Made by a program: the position numbers and the translations under genes. DNA of 62,428 nucleotides, the filler included, from Sphacelaria rigidula (lineage: Eukaryota): NCBI GenBank assembly GCA_964200075.2. It is 8 parts of 8 records of this genome, joined end to end, with 100 filler letters (N's around TTAATTAATTAA, not from the genome) between each part and the next. Parts side by side here need not be neighbours in the genome. Positions count along the whole stretch, not along the records: positions 7,818 to 15,534 come from CAXNAA020013688.1; positions 15,635 to 23,350 come from CAXNAA020013689.1; 6 more parts are not named here. One strand, given 5' to 3'. Positions 11,201-20,787 of the stretch are shown piece by piece (the stretch's first letter is position 1; each line of letters begins with the position of its first letter). The notes under the pieces were generated by a model. That model made no database searches and was not told where the DNA came from. It saw nothing but the letters and a program-made list of their open reading frames with translations.

Positions 11201-14200
11201 AGATGCCTGTACAGCACATCCGGAAACCACCCTGAGTTGGGGCCACATATCTCTTTCACAGATTCACGGTTCTTCCGAAGAGGAGGGAGATAAAGCCACT
11301 AATCGCGGGAGCAGCGACGTCCCCCAGCAGATAGCTCTCCTTGAGATCTGGACGGCGATACCTGGACTCGGTTCAGATGGAGAAAGGTCTGTCATGAGGA
11401 AAGCACTCGCTCTGTCGCCTCTTGGTACAGATTTGGCATCTGGACCAGGGGTTGACGGCGGTAACGAAAGCGTGCCAGGGAGTGGAGACGCGGGAGAGGG
11501 GGGTCTCAGCGGATCGCCGCCCCATGCTTCTGAGGTGGAGGTGAATACATATCATGGGAAAGAGAACCCAAGAACGTGATGATGAAAATAAAGCGCATGT
11601 CCTGCACTGGAAGGCTGGGACACGTGTATCTTAGGCTTTGGCATGTAGAAATCTGTTCAAGCCGTGGGAAAGAAAACGTGATACACGCCAGAATACTATC
11701 ATCGTGTACTACCGTCAGGCTAGTAACGTTGTGCACGGTATGTCTCCGATGCCTGAATCCCGATATTTAAATATCCGACGTGGTAATGCACTTGATCGAT
11801 CTGAGGCGAGCTTTGCCGCGGAAACTAATTATTGATCGTAATTAATCCCACCATTCATCCCATCAAAATTTGACGTTATTGTCGTGGAGAGGCGGTGGAA
11901 GAGGTGCTGTCAATGAGTGTCAAGGACCCCCAAAAGGCGTGGGAACTGCTGGAGGGAGGAAAGTACGCAGAGCACCGTTCACGGGCACGTCTGATATGCA
12001 GGGTTTGTCTGGCTGGCCTCCGGCGCGGAATGGCAAGCCAGGTGCTGAGGCCGCGGTAGGGACATTCGTGCATGACTCATGGTCGCCCTTGACAGACGTG
12101 TGCAAGATTCACCCCAATTGGTATGTCCATATTGATAAAGATTACAGTGGTCTTAAACGTCGTACAAAAGAAGAGGAACGTCACTCAGGAGAGGGCGACA
12201 TCCACCAAACGATAGCTTGCACCAGCCCACGTTGAAGCTTTTGTTTCGTCCAAGAATATCCGTCTCGAGTGAGAGTTCGGTCGTGTGGGGACGTACATGG
12301 AAATGACCCGTCAGGGTGAGCGTAGATGGGTGCAAGTTGGATGTGGGGGCTAACAGGAGTTTCGCACGAAGAAAACGTTTCAGCCAACGGGAAATAAATC
12401 CGTCGCGGGACTATCAGTTGGCGGGCGTAACCCCTGTATTCTTCATCAGCTATTTTTGAGGTGGCGTCCACCGGGTGTAAGGCTACAGCTGGTAGAACAT
12501 TCGTACAGCATGACTTCATGCGGGCTGGCGCGATCATCGCTAGTGGTAGTCTCCACACACCGCAGGCAAATGCACTGATGTTCTCTTGATGGCCCAGGCA
12601 TTTAGGTGTGGCATGGACATTTCAACCCCAACCCTTGTTTCTCTGTAGGCATCCTCTTTCGGCTATAACAACTACTTCGAATCCCCAAAAAATTGCCCAA
12701 CGGACGCTCAGCCTGAAGCACGAGCAAGAAACGGTTAGAATCCCCCAAGCGCGGACTAAAATTTCACTGCTGGTGCTGCCGCTACCGCCGCCGCCGCCCT
12801 CACCTTCACCCCTTGGCAAATGTGCTAGTCTATATCAAGACCGCACTACCGTCCCTATATTGCTGATTTTCTCCCCGAACCTCGTACTGCAACTGGCGTT
12901 GTTTTTCTGAGGAACCGATTGCCGCGACACCAATTGGAAGTCACTTCTAACTCTGATATATTGACGGTGAAGTGTGTGGTCACGTCAAAGTGGTATGTTT
13001 CCATGCTCAATCCCGTTGTTCTGGCGCAGGTGCTTTCATGGCTGAAGTCTCCCGTGCAGAGTAAAGGGGAGGTCGGAGGAGGCAACGCAGACGGTGTATC
13101 CGCAGAAAGTCGTCCCAGCCTGTACTCGATCACGGATCTGGCACCCATTTGCATCAAGGTGTGCCGAGCACTCAGTCAGATGCACAATATCAAGCGCGGA
13201 AACATGCCTAGGATCAGGTAGAGTATGACCACGCGGGCACGTACATAGAGGTGTCGGTACCCCAGATGCTCTGGCACGCCCAGCATTCTCATCCAGTATT
13301 TTTACTGCTGTTCGATTCCTCAAGCTCTCTGGGAATATTCAGCACTTTCGGCGGGCACTTCTTCAGGTACTCTGAGACCCTCAGTATAATCAGCAGTCGA
13401 CACTCCGGGTACTCTGGAATAACCGGTGTATTCGGCTCGATACTTCAGATACTCTGACTGATTGGCTGTCGCACATTAACTGGTTCCCGAGGGACCCAGC
13501 CGTGGTTATCATGCACAAGCTCGGCGTATCCAAGCCGAGCAAGATGGAAATACTCCGCTGGAGAAAAGTGAAGAGAACGGAGAGGTAGAGCAGACAAACA
13601 CAGTGGTCTAAAAAAAACTATAAAAAATCAGATAGAAAGCAAGCAAAGACAAAAGAGTACTAGAAAAAAGGCTGGCCTCTGCGACATGGCTTCAGGTGGA
13701 AAAGGTCTTGCCCAAATGCAATTGCGCTCGACACCAAACGAAAACAACTACGCTGTGGGAACAGAGTGTAGCTGCGTCATCTCCGATATACTAAGTATAA
13801 ACGGCGATCGAAACTCCAGGTTCTCTGGAGTATCCAGTATTTTCGGTATACGATGCTTCAGGTAGTCTGAGATACTCAGTATATTCGGCAGAGGATACTC
13901 CAGGTACTCTCCGGTACTGAGGACCAGATTTACTCTGGCAACCCAGGTACCTGGGGTATTCTACCCTGTCCCTAGAACCTTCGCAAGCTTTGTACCTGAT
14001 GAGGGCGTAGGACACACGAGTTGGTGAACATTCCGGTAAACACGCACCTAATGAGAGTTACGGGAAGGTATGCGGCGCCATGCCGTATATAAACCATCGC
14101 TGTAATGCCTTTGTGTGACCAGGCAACACAAAAGTTATTCGTCTGAGCGCAAAACGTACGGACCTAGCCGCTCTTGAGCAATGCTTCGTTTTACATATCC

Positions 14201-15189
14201 TAGATCTAGTCTCCCAGCTATGTTTGCGGTATTCGCGTATCACGATGCCGCCATCAATGTGTCGAGATCTCAACTAGTCGTGTGCCTCCACAGCAGTTGA
14301 AGAAATCGGCGCTAGCTACTGTGTGTACCTACTCTCGTGTAGTAGAAGTACTGGTGAAAAACCCATGGGTGGTCCTACATCACAGAATATCAGTTCAATT
14401 GTAGAGCACGTCGCCGTTTTGCTACACGTCCTCTCAACACTGAACCCTACTGCCCTGCACTTGGACCCCGACACCTATCTCTGGAGGTGCTATCGCGGGA
14501 GGGCTCGCTTGAAACACTTGCCTACATCAAAAACACTGCCGAAGGCACAGACAACCCAAACGAGACGGGTGATGGAGACGCGGTAATTACAGCAGGAAGT
14601 GAAAACGCAGCGCCGGCTGACCCCGGGGTTGACGGCGCTGCCGAGAATACAGACGATCAAAACCGGGAGGGCACGGCCGAATCTCAGGACAACGGAACAC
14701 AGGCAAGCGGAAACAAAGTCAGTAGGGGCATATCGATACCATGGTTGGCGTTGTGACCAAAAGACTTGTGGTCGACAACGTGGAAGAGCTTCTCGAATGC
14801 CATCGATACGAAGGATGATATGCTTGACTAATTTGAGTGAACTTTTACGAGGTGGATGGTGCCAACCGTATGTCCACTCGGCACATGGACAAATACGGAA
14901 CTATGGATGTGCTGACCCTCTGTCGTGCACACTATCGGCAGTGCACAGCGGTTTCCTCTGCGCCGGATCGGCAGTTTTGATTCTTGACGCGCTGCATTTA
15001 CATCGGATACAGGAGACCAGCCAAGAATTCTTGGGCAACTTCCGACCAACACTAACGGAATCCGCCCAACTGCTGTGGCTCGCTCAAGCCGAGCATCTAC
15101 TGGGTGTTGCCTCTCTGCAACAAGCTTTCTCGGCTCTGGATTCGATCCATCGAACAAGTCGCTCTCCCGAAACTATACGCCTTCCGGCA
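8278..15189 (+). CDS. Unidentified multi-exon protein-coding gene fragment (contig 2)
   Basis: Candidate exons with AG and GT/GC boundaries and open frames: 8278-8383 (YFLYKRPLKHTDGFRTRVLIDAVVAEIPEIVGVDK), 9133-9240 (ITTKGLEIGEQ...FHGVSL), 11262-11540, 13030-13158 (VLSWLKSP...APICIK), 14386-14702 (GC donor), 15013-15189 (ETSQEFLGNF...IRLPA). Some phases do not join, so exons are missing or mis-bounded. No family recognised. Confidence 0.45.
8453..8722. mobile_element. MITE family B with ~30-bp terminal inverted repeats
   Basis: Left GAGCGATGCTACGGTAGGGGTGCAC, right GTGCACCCCTACCGTAGCATTGCTC. The same TIR core recurs at 32442-32460. Confidence 0.8.
9524..9964. mobile_element. Fold-back MITE family A (~440 bp, long imperfect TIRs)
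   Basis: ACACGAGATCTTACGAATTGGGGATGGAT ... ATCCATCTCCAATTTGTAAGATCCCGTGT. The arms are complementary over ~200 bp, and the two opposite-strand ORFs at 9646/9649 are near-copies of each other. Confidence 0.85.
10050..10072. repeat. (AT)n microsatellite
   Basis: Pure ATATAT run. Confidence 0.9.
10529..10713. mobile_element. MITE family C: TGTA...TACA termini, 4-bp TSD (AGGT), TTAGGG-like core
   Basis: TIR TGTAAGGCTTGGGAAGACCGCGTGCTTTTTGGACCGCATC pairs with GATGCGGTCCAAAAAGCACGCGGTCCTTCCATGCGCTACA. AGGT lies at 10525-10528 and 10714-10717. Internal GGTTAGGGTCAGGGTTAGGGG. Confidence 0.85.
10742..11179. mobile_element. Fold-back MITE family A copy, TA-flanked
   Basis: TA|ACAGTCGATTATCGAAATTGAGGATGGAG ... 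CTCCGTCCTCAATTTCGAGATTCGGCTGT|TA, with internal similarity to the 9524 copy. Confidence 0.85.
13250..13980. repeat. Degenerate GTACTC/GAGTAT-motif repeat in two blocks (~13250-13460 and ~13790-13980)
   Basis: Recurrent units such as CTTCAGGTACTCTGAGA, CTCAGTATA, ACTCCGGGTACTCTGGA occur in both blocks, separated by ~330 bp of unrelated sequence. Confidence 0.55.
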
Positions 15190-15295
15190 GTAGGCAACTT
15201 GTGTCCAGCAGAGCTACCCGCACCCTCGACACAGAGTACTGCGGCCGAATCACTGGCGGCATCCGGGGGTCGCCAGGCGAGTTGCTCAACGATCG

Positions 15296-15400
15296 GGGTG
15301 GGGGGGGGGGGGGGGGTACTCATGATATTGTATGCCGTAGCCATTGAACCATTGACTTCGCATCCCTACGAAACCCGGACGGAGCACGACGGGTTTTTGC
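15296..15400 (+). repeat. Dispersed repeat family E (G-run + TACTCATGAT..GCATGCC.TAG.CAT..ACCATTGAC.TCGCATCCCTAC)
   Basis: Homologous copies at ~25340-25420(-), 35740-35812(-), 45612-45700(+), 46702-46798(+), 55340-55423(-), 57308-57400(+). Confidence 0.8.
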
Positions 15401-15534
15401 CAGAGTAGGCTCGTAATCAATCAAGCGCCAAACGCCGTGATGTGTATGACAGGGGGGGGGGGGGGGAAGAGCTTTTGTCATGGGGGACCGTTTTCGTCAA
15501 CGGGGGGGTTAACGGGTTTTAGTGCATGTTTTGT

Positions 15535-15634
15535 NNNNNNNNNNNNNNNNNNNNNNNNNNNNNNNNNNNNNNNNNNNNTTAATTAATTAANNNNNNNNNN
15601 NNNNNNNNNNNNNNNNNNNNNNNNNNNNNNNNNN
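15535..15634. other. Artificial contig linker
   Basis: N44-TTAATTAATTAA-N44. Confidence 0.98.
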
Positions 15635-15810
15635 AAATAAAGGCAAGCACCGCAGAAGGAAGGTTGGGTACTAGAAACGAATTAAAAAGAAAAAGCTCCT
15701 GTGATTGACCTTTTCCTGTGTGACCCCGGCTGATGCACCCACATATCTCGAACACGGTAGACTGGCGCCCAGAATAAATGGGACGACAACACACACAACA
15801 CACACACACG
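15635..15810 (-). repeat. Dispersed repeat family F (CCAGCCGGGGTCACACAGG core), truncated by the contig start
   Basis: Reverse complement of the copy at 50738-50945; ends in a (CA)n tract. Confidence 0.8.
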
Positions 15811-17097
15811 CGCGCGTTTACGCCCTGGATGATGTTCTCGGATTTTCCGGGTCTGCGGGCCAACATCGCAGGGTGCAAACGCGGTCATTCGGCTCCTCTT
15901 CGGAAACCCTCCATCGTGATTTTCATCCTCTGCAGCGAAAAATAGCCTTCCGGAGGATGAAATTTCATCTGGTGGTTCATGATGCCTCTGGAGTGGACAG
16001 TAAACGAAGCCGCCAGAGGGCACATGATTCCCTTGAGCCCATAACTTTGCTGAGGGTGCCTCTGGGGAATTTTGGGAAACAATACTCTCCAGTGTGTAAA
16101 TTACCTCTGGAGTTCGCACTACATCAAACCTCTGGTCGACACCTGTATCCTCACTGTCTCCAGGCACATTTGGGACCTCAGAGGTTCAAATGTATGTATT
16201 ACCCGCCGTTCACAGATCGAACCATACAAACCCCACGACACCTATTCCCAGCTACCACCACAACCTTGCAGCAAAAAGCACGAGTTGGGCACAGGGATAT
16301 GATATACACTGCCGAAGTTGGGTATGATGCATTTCTTGTTGGAAGTTTAAACGTGAGCAGCTTCTTTTATGGTCGCGGAATTGCGCGGCGGCGGAACCAC
16401 ACGGGGTAGGGTGCGGGCAATAACCGGCTTATTTTATACACACTCATGGATAGTGCGGGCAGACAAAGCTGCGCACGTTCTTCAAGTCCTCTTCACGTCG
16501 CACCGTAGGCAGAAAGCACATACAGTCCTGCCCTGTCTGTACTGTACTTTGACCGCTTCCCTTTCGCGTCCTACTGACTGTAGTTGTGCGCATGCTTCAA
16601 GAACGCGTGGGATGTTTACTGCAGTAGCTGAAGGTATATCACACCCCCATGTACCCAACGTTACAGGCATCCACTTTGTATAGCCCCACGTAGCGCATAT
16701 GCAGCGCTAACTCTGCAGCATATTGCACCGCACGTGTATACACACAATATGGTACTATTCTACACGGCATTGCACAGTCCAGTTTACAGCACCAACCTGT
16801 GCTTATTTTGTGGTCGTCATATCGTCATCACAGTACAGTATAAACCGCGGTCATAATTTCTCGTGTTTTTAATCGAAAAAAATGCTTTGGTGTCCACTTG
16901 GTAGACCATGGACTACGTGGTTTTCAAGACCTGTATGTATCCAGTCGCGAGGTATATACCGATTTCATACTATAACGACCAGCTAAAGTTGTGCCCACGG
17001 ACGTGTGGACATACACGTGCAACCAGTGTATTCATTTGTACACAGCGGAGGCTGTTCGCAAGTAAGTTTTTGATGACCAATTACAGGATGGATTGGC

Positions 17098-17256
17098 GGG
17101 CAAAATGAGGGTTTATTTCGAACAGCGTTGCTGTCCAATTTTCATCTGCCAGTGTATATGGGATTTGTACAGCCTCTGCTGTTCGAAATAAATCCTTTTT
17201 GCCCGATTCCAAATTGGGAATGGGGCATCAAGGATTTATTTCCAACAGCAAAGGCT
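17098..17256. repeat. Three ~28-bp units in forward/reverse/forward orientation, including an 86-bp palindrome (17171-17256)
   Basis: GGGCAAAATGAGGGTTTATTTCGAACAGC / GCTGTTCGAAATAAATCCTTTTTGCCC / GGGGCATCAAGGATTTATTTCCAACAGC. Confidence 0.75.
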
Positions 17257-19121
17257 TTGAAAATTCCGGATTTCCATAGCACGCGTGCCTTCAAAAACAA
17301 CCCAGAGGATTTCGATATTGACACAGACCTTCGAGGGAGACCCCAACATTGAAAATCCTCCAGAGGATTGCGAATACCCAAGATCCTCTAGAGGGGAGTT
17401 TCAAAACGGACGTCGGCTTGGGTGACGTTTCCAAAATCCACTACAGGGTGGGCGAATGGCCACGTGTGTGTCCTTTTCCGCGCCATAGTCAAGCCTGGTA
17501 CCGCATGCGACAACGAAAAAACCTGGTCGGGAATGCTGCCCAGACACCTTGTGCGTGGGGCCGAGGGCGCTGGAACGGGTTTTCGAGGAGTTCACCCGGC
17601 GTCCAGCGCCTTGCCCCAAAGACCCAGAGTATATCAATGGAGAGGTGATGTTTGACTTTCTGACGCTTGCGAGCGCCACGGCGTACACAGGACGGCCCTC
17701 CGAGGTACTGTGTTGCAGTTCGAAAACTTCAGATTTTTCAAAAAATGAAGTTTCGGAGAAACAATCAAAGTCGCTTCATCTCAGCCGTTTGAACTCAGAG
17801 TCCGAAAAATCCGAAAATTCGGAAACCTCCGATGAACACCGGTGTCGAAATCATGGGTCATGGCCGCTTCTCATAGACTGAAAAAAAAGCACTGACGGAA
17901 GTCATTTTGGTCAATTTCCGGAAAATCTTTTCAGAACGCGACCTTGTAGGGCCAAAACTCTTTCATGAAAAGACTATCAGATAACTGCGAGATTTCCTCA
18001 GTCAGCGAGATTTTGCCAAATCTAGCTGAGAAAAGCGGTCTGGAAAATGGCGTCAACACACTCCTCGCACACCGCACCCGCAATGATATAGTCAGTGCTC
18101 CATCCAGTACACCTCGCATACAAGTATAGTACAGCCAGACCAAGTGTAGCAATTCATGCTGTATGTAGTATAAAGTAGCATGGTATCGCCCCTACTGGCT
18201 GTTTTGACTGCCCGTATCGTTGCATACTCGTCGTGGCCGCCAGCAATTGTGAACTCTGTAGTATTCTGTGTACCGAGGCTGTTGCTAGCGCTCTACCGAC
18301 TGTCACGAAAGCTCCTTGTGTCCCGTATGGCACAAACCGTGCTGCTGCACACTAAATCGCTTGCAACACTACTACCGTTCCAAGCGGCGGTCGGCTGAAG
18401 TAAAGGTTGGTACGCCTTGTGGCGAAATCACGCCGTCACGCTTGAATATATAGTGGATCCTGGATGATGACCAGGGGACAAGGGCATCCTGTAGATGATG
18501 AACCTTGCTGTGTATCCCAGGAGAGATGGTGCAGGGCTGCAGGGGTTTCACTCTCAAGATAATGGTGAGGTGTTGTAAAGGCTGACAACTGAGACCTTGA
18601 GGCAAGAAGAGCTGAGGAGTCCCTCAACAGCATTTTAGACGCTGCAGTACTAGCGAACCTGCTAGCGTCACAGTATCGATATTATTGCTAGTGCTTAGGC
18701 GTGCTAGTAGATGCTATCGTTTGACACTGCTAAACATTTAGCAGGGAGAGTCCGGACAACTTGTGATTAGCTTCGGGCACAAGGCGTCACGGACGCGTGA
18801 GGAGGCTTCAAGCTGAGGCAGCTGCAAAGGCGGCTGGCCCATGATTGATCCAGACTGAAGACTTGCTGGAGCTGCGCACAGAGGGCGATTATACGACACG
18901 AGCGCTGTGTTGGAGCGGCGAAGTAAGCAGATGAACTGAAGTTCGAGAAGGTTTTGAAAAATCTTCGATTTTCCGCTCGAGAATGTCGACCACATAGGTC
19001 CCGGTCATAGAGCCAGCGGAAACAACCGTAACCCTAGTCGTTTTAAGGGAAGAGTTAGCGGCCGCCCAGTTACGGGAGTTTGTACTCTGAGGGTGGCTAG
19101 AGATCGTTCTACACGAAATAC

Positions 19122-20480
19122 TTGGAATACAAACGGAGGGTGGAGCATGCGAATGTAGGGGGTGCGGTGAAGCATCAGGTGGTTTCGATGGCGCAATTAG
19201 TACCAACACCCTTACCGCGCGTCTTCGCGAGGCGGTTCCATGAAAAGCATACCATGACGCCCCTGCAGTTGGCCACAGCGATAAAGAAACACGCAGGGCA
19301 TGCGGCGGGCGCGGAGGTGGAGCTTACTCAGGCGTCCGCGGCAGTGGCAAAGGCTGTCGCGATAAACCACAAGGGGAGGACCATGCGTGAGAAGGTGGAG
19401 CCCATAATGGGTAAGTTGGAAACATATTTTGCGGAAAATCCCAACGTGGCGATGATTTTTTGTTCGTCCGATGGAAAATTTCGCCCAGGGCCCGCTGCGG
19501 TGGTTACCAAGACGACGGTGAAGAGTCTGGCCCCGGCGGAATTTAAGCAGGCCGTGCTTATGCAGTTACAGCACGAGACAGATTGGAAGTCGGACCCGTA
19601 TTCAGTCATGGATACGGTGGTGGCCGAAACTCAGGCATGGCGGCGGGTCGAAGTGTTCGGAAAATCATTCACTTCATCGCCGCAGTCTTCGAGCTCGCGT
19701 AAACGCGGACCAAAATCCGCAGGTAGTGCCGCCTCCAGTTTTACTTGTTTTCAGTGTGGCCAGGTAGGTCCCATCGCACGAAATTGCCAAACGCCCTCTG
19801 AGGGGGAGTCTGGGAAGACGAGTGCCGCGCGTCCTCACAAAGGGAAAAGACGAGGTAGTCGCGGTGGCGGCGGTGACGGATCCTCCAGCAGTGGAGATGC
19901 ACAGTCGACTTCTCAGCAGCAGCAGCAGCAGCACGGGCAGCGGCGTCAGCAGGGGTCCGGCTCTGGGTTCGGTTCAGCCGCAGGGGCTGCTGCTCCGCAA
20001 CGGGTGGTGCAGGTGGGACCGACCTCTCTAGTGTCGGGCTCGGTGCCGACGCCGCCAGCAGCAGAGAAAGGCGACCCGCCGGCTGCGGAGCCGACCGGTT
20101 CTCAGCTGCAATTTGGATCGGCTGCTGCGTCGGCCGAGGTACCGCTGCAATTTGGTTCTGCGGGCGGGGCTTCGTACCCGCCGGCGGTGCCGGTGACCTC
20201 AGCGGGGTCGTCTCTGCCTGCGCAGCGCGCGCAGCCGTGGCGCCAAGTGGGGATCATGAACAACCAGTCGGCGGAGCAGGTGCCGGTCGAGGATCAAGAC
20301 AATTATGTCCCTGCCGAGTTACATCTGCCCGATCAACGGGCGCAGGGAGCTATATCGGTCAAAACGGTGTTGGATTCAGGCGCCCACTTCACGAGCATGT
20401 CGGTGCTAATTGTGGAGATGCTGGAGCATCTACCCCCCGATGAGCAAATCCGAATTCCGTTTTCGCTCGGAGCGCGGTAG
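19122..20480 (+). pseudogene. gag-protease portion of the gypsy element
   Basis: 452-aa ORF with a degenerate CCHC knuckle (H replaced by P) and the LDSGA aspartic protease motif; ends at a premature TAG. Confidence 0.85.
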
Positions 20481-20787
20481 GCCATGACCGCATCGGGGCA
20501 ACGTATGAATATGACTGCGCGTACGATTCCCCTTCAGTTGGCGTTACTGACTACTTGGGGGCCAGCAAAATTACCCCCAATATCGTTGGCGATCATGCCG
20601 GGGACGGAGTGTAGTTCTGTTTGCCCTACCGACGCTTCGGGGACTCGGAGTCGATCCGTATGATCGGTTGTTGGAGTCCCTAAAAACGAAAATGCCGTCG
20701 CCCGTTTCGAGTGTCGAGACGCCTGCATCTTCAGCCAGTCGCAGAGTGAGCTTGTCGGTTGATGCTCTCTAGGAGGCGGGGGGGCAG

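Noticed and set aside
15860-16200. Possible tyrosine-recombinase (DIRS/Ngaro-like) remnant on the minus strand
   Set aside because: Only a vague resemblance (AWRQ*, ITMEGFRR...RRP) across stops and frames; no catalytic motif seen.
18060-18982. 5' LTR and primer-binding site of the gypsy element (CA|TGGTATC at ~18180; TGTCACG at 18301)
   Set aside because: There is no second LTR in the contig to compare with and the PBS match is too short, so boundaries cannot be supported.
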